A stretch of DNA of 64,000 bases, from NCBI GenBank assembly GCA_045633485.1, contig JAZQYL010000022.1, forward strand, positions 1,235-65,234, written 5' to 3'. Below are positions 53,805-61,734 of the stretch, in pieces; the stretch's first letter is position 1, and every line of letters begins with the position of its first letter. The notes below the pieces were generated by a model. It ran no database searches. It had not been told where the DNA came from and was given only the letters and a program-made list of their open reading frames with translations. The translations under genes and the position numbers were made by a program. The stretch comes from Acutalibacteraceae bacterium (GTDB lineage Bacteria; Bacillota; Clostridia; Oscillospirales; Acutalibacteraceae).

Positions 53805-55039
53805 TCAGCATAACAACACATAAATAACCATGCTATTTCTGCGTTTATATCTGTCATATTATTGCCCGAATCATCTTTAAACATATAGGTTGGGTTTTCA
53901 ATATCCCACCAACCAACATATTCACCACGTTGTTGAATAATATATTTTAAATCTTCTGTAAGTGGGTAAACACCATTGTCTTCGTCAACGTATTCTATAT
54001 ATTCAAGCAAGCACTCCGAATAACTTTCTTTTTTGATAAAGTTATTGTTTTCATCAAAGAAATACTTATTAACACCTGATCGATCAAGTATTGTTTTAAA
54101 ACAAGCAATGTACTCGTTATCCTCGGCAAGGCGAACAAGCACTATCGGTCCATTTGCATCGTTCAAATGATAATAACCTTCATCTTCATTCAAAACCAAT
54201 TTATATGCATCGGTTGAAGCGGTTAAATCAAATTCTTTTATTTCAAGATTATTAGGTAAAATATAGTCTTGAAGTTCAACCGATTTTTGATAGACAGTCC
54301 ATGGTTCATCTTCAACCGTCTTTATAGCATCTCCTAATCTATTAATACCAATAATACAGTTTTTCGCTTTTTTATCAGCATCAACACCAATTACAAACGT
54401 TGATGTACCAGTACCATTCGTACCAATCATACCTGATTTAACATTTATGGTAAATTTATTATCCTTTACCTCAGTTGCCGAATTGCTTTGAACAAAGTGC
54501 GGTGCGCCGTAATAGCCTATTGTAGCATTTTTGCCTTCCGGAATCGAAAACTCATAATTTCCTTCCTTACTAGGTGTGAAAAGGAAATAATTACGACTTC
54601 CCGACTTCAGTTCTACATAGGTACAACCCGTATCTATTGTATACGCATCATATTCATCAGAACCAACATATAATTTTTCGGGCTTCCCTGTGATTTTATA
54701 GGCTAAAATAACGTCAACCTCATTTTTTCGTGGAGAAAGCTTTATGTTTTTATCATAATGATATTGGATTTTCTCATCAGCAAACTGAAGAACAACATCA
54801 TACTTTCCGTTAATTAATGATTTTATTGCGGCACCCTGCTCGTTGCAAGATTGCATTGCAACCTGTTTACCATCCTGCATAAACTTCACTACTATACCTG
54901 ATGAATAAGGATTGCCTAGAGCATCCTTAACATTCACCGTGTAATCCTTTTCACCCTTGCCGCATGCGGCAAGAGTGAAAAGAGAAATTGTAATGATTAT
55001 TACTAGAAGGATTGAAATTAATCTTTTAATGCTTTTCAT
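53801..55039 (-). CDS. Lipoprotein: beta-sandwich, jelly-roll-like domain and the shared YH-NGP/WL-C-YY domain
   Basis: Lipobox LAAC after MKSIKRLISILLV. The start is 55039 or 55048; the track start at 55114 overlaps the upstream gene. C-terminal GYYHLNDANGPIV...AWLFMCCYAE. Confidence 0.55.
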   Translation of the reverse strand: MKSIKRLISILLVIIITISLFTLAACGKGEKDYTVNVKDALGNPYSSGIVVKFMQDGKQVAMQSCNEQGAAIKSLINGKYDVVLQFADEKIQYHYDKNIKLSPRKNEVDVILAYKITGKPEKLYVGSDEYDAYTIDTGCTYVELKSGSRNYFLFTPSKEGNYEFSIPEGKNATIGYYGAPHFVQSNSATEVKDNKFTINVKSGMIGTNGTGTSTFVIGVDADKKAKNCIIGINRLGDAIKTVEDEPWTVYQKSVELQDYILPNNLEIKEFDLTASTDAYKLVLNEDEGYYHLNDANGPIVLVRLAEDNEYIACFKTILDRSGVNKYFFDENNNFIKKESYSECLLEYIEYVDEDNGVYPLTEDLKYIIQQRGEYVGWWDIENPTYMFKDDSGNNMTDINAEIAWLFMCCYAE

Positions 55040-55061
55040 TTTTATCATACTTTCATTAAAA

Positions 55062-57908
55062 TTAATTGTTTGGACCAAGAGAATCATAATAATAACAAAT
55101 CTTGAGCCATGCATTTTCTACATCGTCAAACGTATATTTGTCCATAAGTTGTTGTAAAAGTTCAGCAAGTTCTTCATCAACAACTACACAACCATCAATC
55201 TCAGTTCCCGATTTGTCAATTTTACTTATATACTTTTTAATATCTTCAGTGCAATCATCACCATCACCATGATATCTACCGGCAAACACATCATCTAACT
55301 GATATATTTCAGCATTCTCATCATATTCGTCGCCCCAAAGTTTTTTAAGATATTCTCTTGTTTTTTCTATATCGTTGTCGTTCTGCTTCAAGTATGCCAA
55401 AATTTCACCATCAGTTTCTGACTTACTGAAATCAAAACCGCCCATTTGAATCATCTGAACAATAGATTGACTAAACACAGGTGTGATGCCTGTAAAGTCG
55501 GCATAAATCAAACTTCCATCTTTACTATCGTAATATTTTCCGTCTTTTAGTTTTGGTTTAATACCACCTGTGATAATATCATACATTGCATTACCGGTAG
55601 CGTCGGTATCATATGTGAAATATCCCGGAGCTGCCAATCTTAAAAGTTTGTATGTTGCACCAATAAATTCAACATCATAATTAATTGTACCGGTTGCATA
55701 TACATCCCAAAACGCCATATTTATATAATACGGTGTTCCGGCATTCATATAGTAAACCATAGAACAGTTTTTATCATCGGCAAACATTCTTTCGTCGTGC
55801 TCATATGTATATACGAGTTTACCATCTTTGTCAAAAATCCAAGCTTCAATGCCCTCTTCGTAATCGCTCTTTGAAGTAAAGCGATACACACCTGACTGTG
55901 ATGGCACAAACTCGGCAAACATACCTCTTGGAATTATAGCTCGGTCATAGTAGAAATTATTGCTCGGTATGTTTTTACCTAGAGTTACTTTAAAAGCACT
56001 AAATGTTGCAAGACCTTTAATTGGGTCTTCAAGCTGTGTAGCACCCTTACCATATGCTTGATAATACTTACACATCTTAAGCCATTCATTGTCATCATCT
56101 TCAAAACCTGCAACTCTAGCTACCTGCTTAAGCATCTCGGCTAGTTCTTTATTAACAGTACAAACACCATTGATTCTTGAGTTAGATGCATATGAGAAAT
56201 ATTGCACCATACCAAGACCATTTTCTTCCTTTTTGTCGTAAAGACTTACACCATCTTCATCGGCATCGCCTTCTGTAACGATTGTTTGAACCGATTCTTC
56301 CTCGCTAAATGGTGTAAAGCCCATAAGATCAGCAAGTAGTAAAGGACCGTTTGCGTTACCTACATGATAGTAACCATCATTTTCGTTAAATACTACATCA
56401 ACATAAGTGTACTTGTCGTTTTCATCAGCAACTGCTGCATAACGAGGTAGATATGTTGCTGTGTCGATTTGTGACTGATCTACAACACGCATATTATCAA
56501 TATAAACCGTATCATCTCCATCAGAACCATCTTCGTCCTTAAGGAAGCATAGCGCAATCTCGTACGTACCGTCTTTATCCGCAACGCAAGGATAACATGA
56601 TTTCCATTCTTCAGGAGAAGATACGCCGGATATTTGGAAAATATCCTCATCATTTACTATGACGTACATAATGTCGCAACCTAATTCCGATGAAACAAGG
56701 TAGTCAAATCCCACTGCCTGACCAGCTTTAAGTTCAATATCCGCATATAGGATTGCATATGAACTATCAATACCAGTATTTGAAGCTTTTACACAAGAGC
56801 GTCCGGATTTTTCGGAAATTATAAAGGGCCAGATAAACTCTGCATTTTCATCTTCGGTTTCGGGTCTGTAGTTCACGTTTATGTTACCTACATTTATTGT
56901 AGCAGCAATTTCGTCAGATGACGGCATTTCATAGGTTGGTTTAATTTGTGTTACAAGATCACCTATACCATTTTCACATACCTTTTGGTTATACGGATCA
57001 GCTGTAAAATGGTCAAACGCACATACCCAAGGGCGCTTACTTGTAATAGCGCCTGATTCTAATACGCAAATAACACCATATTGGTCAATAAATACCGATG
57101 TAGGATAACCTTGTACACTAAATGTGTTTGACCAAGATGCAGGACATGCAGCCATATTAAAAGAATAACCATATTGTTTTTGAAATCCGTCAACTACATT
57201 GTTGTCTTCCATTGGATTAATGGCGATGATTTCGACATCATCCTTATAATCGTTGTAAACTTCCTCCATAAGCGGGAATTCTTCTAAACACCAGCTACAT
57301 GTTGTATACCAAAAGTTAAGAACAACCAACTTTTTGCTCTTTAAAACTTCAGAAAGTTTGAGCTCCGTGCCATCCGGTTTCATGACTGTAAAGTCATACA
57401 TTACATCACCAAGTCCCAATGTGGCGGTTGAAATATCCTCGTCAGTAATAAGCGATGATGTTAAAACTATATCAACTTTATGATCGTTAAATTTATAAAA
57501 CTTTTCTACATTATAACCCTTTGGAACCGATTGTAATTCAATTACATAATTCGAACTTTCATCAAGATTAAATGTTGCTTCACCCTTGTCGTTTGTTTTT
57601 GTGTAGTCAATCATATCACTCATAGTATCATCGGTATATATGTAAGCATCAATGCCCGACATAGGCATACCGCCTGCAGTTTTAATACTCAATGAATAAA
57701 GAGTGTCACCTTGAGGTCTATCAAATTCAGTTTCATTATCCTTGCCTTTAAAATTGAATAAACCCGGAACAAAAATTACTCCACAAACTATTGCAACAAC
57801 TAAAGCCGCAGCAATAATTATAAAAAGAACTTTTTTAGCCTTTACAACTTCCCAAGCCTTTTTGAACAGTTTGCCAATTTTGTTAAAGAAAGCTTTTAAT
57901 TTTTCCAT
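55062..57908 (-). CDS. Signal-anchored 948-aa modular protein with a beta-sandwich, a TlpA-type thioredoxin, jelly-roll-like domains and two copies of the shared domain
   Basis: AGGAGG RBS precedes the ATG at 57908. The TM helix is VLFIIIAAALVVAIVCGVIFV. The thioredoxin motif LNFWYTTCSWCLEEF has its CSWC at 57288-57299. The shared domain occurs at about 56050-56385 and 55065-55545. Confidence 0.7.
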   Translation of the reverse strand: MEKLKAFFNKIGKLFKKAWEVVKAKKVLFIIIAAALVVAIVCGVIFVPGLFNFKGKDNETEFDRPQGDTLYSLSIKTAGGMPMSGIDAYIYTDDTMSDMIDYTKTNDKGEATFNLDESSNYVIELQSVPKGYNVEKFYKFNDHKVDIVLTSSLITDEDISTATLGLGDVMYDFTVMKPDGTELKLSEVLKSKKLVVLNFWYTTCSWCLEEFPLMEEVYNDYKDDVEIIAINPMEDNNVVDGFQKQYGYSFNMAACPASWSNTFSVQGYPTSVFIDQYGVICVLESGAITSKRPWVCAFDHFTADPYNQKVCENGIGDLVTQIKPTYEMPSSDEIAATINVGNINVNYRPETEDENAEFIWPFIISEKSGRSCVKASNTGIDSSYAILYADIELKAGQAVGFDYLVSSELGCDIMYVIVNDEDIFQISGVSSPEEWKSCYPCVADKDGTYEIALCFLKDEDGSDGDDTVYIDNMRVVDQSQIDTATYLPRYAAVADENDKYTYVDVVFNENDGYYHVGNANGPLLLADLMGFTPFSEEESVQTIVTEGDADEDGVSLYDKKEENGLGMVQYFSYASNSRINGVCTVNKELAEMLKQVARVAGFEDDDNEWLKMCKYYQAYGKGATQLEDPIKGLATFSAFKVTLGKNIPSNNFYYDRAIIPRGMFAEFVPSQSGVYRFTSKSDYEEGIEAWIFDKDGKLVYTYEHDERMFADDKNCSMVYYMNAGTPYYINMAFWDVYATGTINYDVEFIGATYKLLRLAAPGYFTYDTDATGNAMYDIITGGIKPKLKDGKYYDSKDGSLIYADFTGITPVFSQSIVQMIQMGGFDFSKSETDGEILAYLKQNDNDIEKTREYLKKLWGDEYDENAEIYQLDDVFAGRYHGDGDDCTEDIKKYISKIDKSGTEIDGCVVVDEELAELLQQLMDKYTFDDVENAWLKICYYYDSLGPNN

Positions 57909-57971
57909 AACTCCTCCTAAATAAAAGACAATTTTTTTGTGGTAGATACAATCCATCCAATTATTCAACTT

Positions 57972-58001
57972 ATTGTACCATACAATAAGCGTTATCGTCA
58001 A
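57972..58001 (-). promoter_or_regulatory. Candidate sigma-A promoter of the secreted-thioredoxin operon
   Basis: On the minus strand: TTGACG (58001-57996), 18-nt spacer, TGgTACAAT extended -10 (TACAAT at 57977-57972). Confidence 0.45.
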
Positions 58002-58019
58002 CAAAAAATTACAATAAAT

Positions 58020-58056
58020 TAAAAAAATATCCCGATTTATTGCAAATCGGGATATC
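58020..58056 (-). terminator. Rho-independent terminator after the radical SAM gene
   Basis: Stem atatcccgattt / aaatcgggatat followed on the minus strand by a T-run. It overlaps the stop codon. Confidence 0.6.
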
Positions 58057-58933
58057 AAATAATTCCTGTTAAATCAAACTCCGGTATAAACTCTTTGTTA
58101 GCACTGGAAATTTCTTGAATATAACAGTTTTCAAATTCTGTATTCTCTATATAATCTATAACCTTTTCATACTCTCTTGGTGTAATTTTACGATTTATTT
58201 TTGGTGTATTTTCTGCCTTGTACATTGGTATATACTGGCTCATTATACTAAAATACGCATTAGGCAAATTATTGCGCACCCAGTCAAAAGCAGCTATTGC
58301 GTCATTAGTTGATTGAGGCATTAAAAGATGACGCACAATAACACCCTTTTGCATAATATCACCTTTAAATACACATTTACTTTGTTGGCGATACACCTCA
58401 AGTAAGGCCTCTTTACACACCGATGGATAATCAACGGTGTTAGAATAAAGTTGTGATTTTTGTGAATCGATATATTTAAAATCCATTAAAAATATATCGA
58501 TATAACCCTCCAGTCGCCTAAGTGTGTCAACACATTCATAGCCACTTGAATTATAAACAATGGGTATATTAGGTTTATAAATATCAAGAGCTCCAATAAT
58601 AGCATCAACAAAATGCGTTGGTGTAACAAGATTTATGTTATGCGCGCCTTCGTTTTCAAGACGCTTAAATATATCGGCTAATTGATTAACAGTTACACAC
58701 ATTCCCTTGTTCTCGGTACTAATGATACTATTTTGACAAAAAACACAATGCAGCGAGCAACCGCTAAAAAACACCGTTCCGGAACCTTTTTGTCCACTAA
58801 TAGACGGTTCTTCCCAAAAGTGTAATGCAGCACGTGAAATTACAGGTGCATCGGGCATACCACATATACCACCAATGTTACCGTCGGCAGTGCGTATAGC
58901 GTTACACCGTCGTGGGCACAGATTGCACTGCAT
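58055..58933 (-). CDS. Radical SAM protein, PflX-like (pyruvate formate-lyase activase homologue family)
   Basis: N-terminal CNLCPRRC and the radical SAM triad in FFSGCSLHCVFCQN. AAGGAGG RBS lies 9 nt before the ATG at 58933. Confidence 0.75.
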   Translation of the reverse strand: MQCNLCPRRCNAIRTADGNIGGICGMPDAPVISRAALHFWEEPSISGQKGSGTVFFSGCSLHCVFCQNSIISTENKGMCVTVNQLADIFKRLENEGAHNINLVTPTHFVDAIIGALDIYKPNIPIVYNSSGYECVDTLRRLEGYIDIFLMDFKYIDSQKSQLYSNTVDYPSVCKEALLEVYRQQSKCVFKGDIMQKGVIVRHLLMPQSTNDAIAAFDWVRNNLPNAYFSIMSQYIPMYKAENTPKINRKITPREYEKVIDYIENTEFENCYIQEISSANKEFIPEFDLTGII

Positions 58934-59801
58934 TTTCACCATCCTCCTTGGGTTTTAGCTTAGGCTCCAAAATGCGACGTCTTACCACTAATCTATCAAA
59001 GGTTTGACGATAACTTACTCGGCAAATGTATTTTTTCCCGCAATCGTTACAAACAAAATTACCGTTAAACCAATTGTTGTGGTATTTCCATTTAGTAAGT
59101 CGCTTTAGTTTTGACTCGCACTTTTCACAATAAAAAATTTGTGTATCCTTTTCTATTCGCTCATCGTTCATACGGCTAATATAATAGGGTTTAAAATACA
59201 ATCGTTTATAAAACTCGGGGTTAGAGGTATCTTTAATCAAATTATCAAAGGCTGCCCCGTTGTAATACTTTTTAAGCAACGCGGCACAAAGCAAACTATC
59301 ATCTTTTGCATTATGCAAATCATAAATATCGGTAGTAATGCCTAACAATTCAGCAGCGCCACCAAGAGAAATTTGAGACTTAATATCATGTCCTAATGCA
59401 CGAAGTTCACCTTGAATAAAAACTTGCAAATCTAGATATTTGTCTATTTTAAATTTCTGGCCATTAAGCAAAATTTTCTCATTTTCAGCAATAGTGTAAA
59501 GATCGGAATTACTCCAAGTTATTGTGATTGTATCCTTTCCCAACCAATTGTTATATTCCTCTACAGCTTGTTCAAGAGACATTCCTTCAAGCATCATCTC
59601 TTTGGTTATTCCCGTAAGTTCGGTAAAGCGCTTTGATACTCTTTTAGAAACTGATGATTTAACCGTAACATCAAAAATATCTACTATATTAAATTTTTCA
59701 TCCAATTTAACAGCGCCTATTTGCAAAATTTGATTTACAAATCTTTTGTGCAGTTTGTGATAGACACTGTCCCATTCCATATCAAGTATTACATAATGCA
59801 T
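58902..59801 (-). CDS. DEDD-family 3'-5' exonuclease with a C-terminal zinc-ribbon
   Basis: YVILDMEWD (Exo I), LHNAKDDS (Exo III H-x4-D), and C-terminal CEKCESKL...CNDCGKKYIC. The ATG overlaps the typA stop (TGATG). Confidence 0.65.
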   Translation of the reverse strand: MHYVILDMEWDSVYHKLHKRFVNQILQIGAVKLDEKFNIVDIFDVTVKSSVSKRVSKRFTELTGITKEMMLEGMSLEQAVEEYNNWLGKDTITITWSNSDLYTIAENEKILLNGQKFKIDKYLDLQVFIQGELRALGHDIKSQISLGGAAELLGITTDIYDLHNAKDDSLLCAALLKKYYNGAAFDNLIKDTSNPEFYKRLYFKPYYISRMNDERIEKDTQIFYCEKCESKLKRLTKWKYHNNWFNGNFVCNDCGKKYICRVSYRQTFDRLVVRRRILEPKLKPKEDGENAVQSVPTTV

Positions 59802-61630
59802 CAGCGGTTTTTCGCCTCGTGTTTCATTCGTAATTCCTTATTAAGTATACGCTTTCTGATACGTATATTATTTGGTGTTATTTCTACCAATTCGTCATCC
59901 TTAATAAAATCAAGTGACTGTTCAAGACTCATTACAGACGGGGGTGTGAGTTTAAGTGCATCATCCGAACCGGATGCTCGCGTATTGGTAAGATGTTTCG
60001 CCTTACAAACATTACATACAATGTCTTCACTTTTAGGACTTTCACCCACTATCATACCCTCGTAAACCTGAACGCCCGCTCCAATAAAAAGTCGTCCCCT
60101 GCTTTGTGTATTAAACAGTCCATACGCTGTGCTTTCGCCAGTTTCGTGAACAATAATAGATCCTGTGCTACGTCCAAGTATATCGCCCTTATATTCCTCA
60201 TATCCATTAAAAATATGATTCATAATACCATTGCCGTTTGTGTCGGTCATAAATTGAGAACGGTAACCCAGCAATCCCCTTGCGGGAATTAAGAATTCAA
60301 GATGTGACATACCGCCCTCACGAGTACCCATATTTTGTAGTTCGGCATGCCTTGTACCAAGTCGCTCCATAACAGCGCCAACATATTGTTCGGGCACTTC
60401 AATCATAAGTAATTCTATAGGTTCAAGCAGCTTACCGCTTTCGTCGTGCTTGTAAATAACATTTGGCGGAGAAACCTGAAATTCGTAGCCTTGGCGGCGC
60501 ATGGTTTCAATAAGTATAGAAAGATGTAGTTCCCCACGTCCCGATACCTTAAACGTATCAGCGCTATCTGTCTCCTCAACACGAAGACTTACGTTTGTAA
60601 GCACTTCTTTAAAAAGTCGCTCGCGCAAATTACGCGATGTTACATACTTACCATCTTTACCTGCAAAAGGCGAATTATTTACCATAAAATTCATTGCCAA
60701 AGTAGGCTCATCAATTTTAACAAAAGGTAGAGGTTCGATACGATCTATATCGCATGCGGTCTCACCTATTTCAAGCTCGCTAATACCAGCCACCTGAATG
60801 ATATCGCCAATCGTAGCCGTTTCTACCTCGGTGCGCTTAAGTCCGCGATACATAAATAGTTTTGCAATTTTAACACGTGTGCTTGTACCATCTTTATGAC
60901 ACAATGCGACCGTTTGTCCGACGTTTACCGTACCGCGAATCACACGACCGACGCCAATTCTACCAATATAGTCATCGTATTCAATATTGGTAAACAATAT
61001 TTGCAATGCATCATCAGCGTCACCAACAGGAGGTTCTATTTCTTTTACAATTTCTTCAAAAAGAGGTTTCATATCCTGACCGGCAATATCCGGCGCATAT
61101 GTTGCATAACCATCGCGACCCGACGCAAATACAACGGGAAATTCTATCTGCTCCTCGTCGGCACCAAGTTCGATAAACAAATCCAAAACCTCATCAACAA
61201 CCTCAATGGGACGCGCCATAGGTCTGTCAATTTTATTAATCACAACTACCGCTTTTTTACCAAGCGCCAATGCTTTTTTAAGTACAAATCGTGTTTGCGG
61301 CATACAGCCTTCAAAGGCATCCACAAGCAACAATACACCATCAACCATTTGTAAAATGCGCTCTACCTCACCGCCAAAATCGGCATGTCCGGGAGTGTCA
61401 ATAATATTAATTTTCACACCATTGTACATAACACTGGTATTTTTAGAAAGTATTGTTATACCACGCTCACGCTCAAGATCGTTTGAGTCCATAACGCGCT
61501 CATCAACCGCTTCGTTATCACGAAAAGTTCCGCTTTGGCGGAGCAATTGGTCAACAAGTGTGGTTTTACCGTGGTCAACATGCGCAATAATCGCAATATT
61601 GCGTATATCTTCTCTTTTTTTAATTGCCAT
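59801..61630 (-). CDS. typA: Translational GTPase TypA/BipA
   Basis: IRNIAIIAHVDHGKTTLVD (G1), DTPGHADFGGEVER (G3), NKIDRP (G4). About 609 aa from the ATG at 61630. Confidence 0.95.
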   Translation of the reverse strand: MAIKKREDIRNIAIIAHVDHGKTTLVDQLLRQSGTFRDNEAVDERVMDSNDLERERGITILSKNTSVMYNGVKINIIDTPGHADFGGEVERILQMVDGVLLLVDAFEGCMPQTRFVLKKALALGKKAVVVINKIDRPMARPIEVVDEVLDLFIELGADEEQIEFPVVFASGRDGYATYAPDIAGQDMKPLFEEIVKEIEPPVGDADDALQILFTNIEYDDYIGRIGVGRVIRGTVNVGQTVALCHKDGTSTRVKIAKLFMYRGLKRTEVETATIGDIIQVAGISELEIGETACDIDRIEPLPFVKIDEPTLAMNFMVNNSPFAGKDGKYVTSRNLRERLFKEVLTNVSLRVEETDSADTFKVSGRGELHLSILIETMRRQGYEFQVSPPNVIYKHDESGKLLEPIELLMIEVPEQYVGAVMERLGTRHAELQNMGTREGGMSHLEFLIPARGLLGYRSQFMTDTNGNGIMNHIFNGYEEYKGDILGRSTGSIIVHETGESTAYGLFNTQSRGRLFIGAGVQVYEGMIVGESPKSEDIVCNVCKAKHLTNTRASGSDDALKLTPPSVMSLEQSLDFIKDDELVEITPNNIRIRKRILNKELRMKHEAKNR

Positions 61631-61694
61631 TAAAAAATCCCCTATTAATAAATTTACAAAATACATAATACCACATTAATCGAGTAAAATCAAC

Positions 61695-61721
61695 AAAAAA
61701 GGCTCCATAAGGAGCCTTTTT
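61695..61721. terminator. Rho-independent terminator
   Basis: ggctcc-ataa-ggagcc flanked by an A-run and a T-run, downstream of the cohesin-dockerin gene. Confidence 0.7.
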
Positions 61722-61734
61722 AAATGATAAACTT

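Noticed and set aside
55062-58058. Track start at 58058 for the large thioredoxin-domain protein, and 55114 for the next gene
   Set aside because: The extensions run through a terminator hairpin (58020-58056) and a promoter-like element, and they overlap upstream genes. An AGGAGG RBS precedes the ATG at 57908, and a proper signal-anchor or lipobox follows each downstream ATG.
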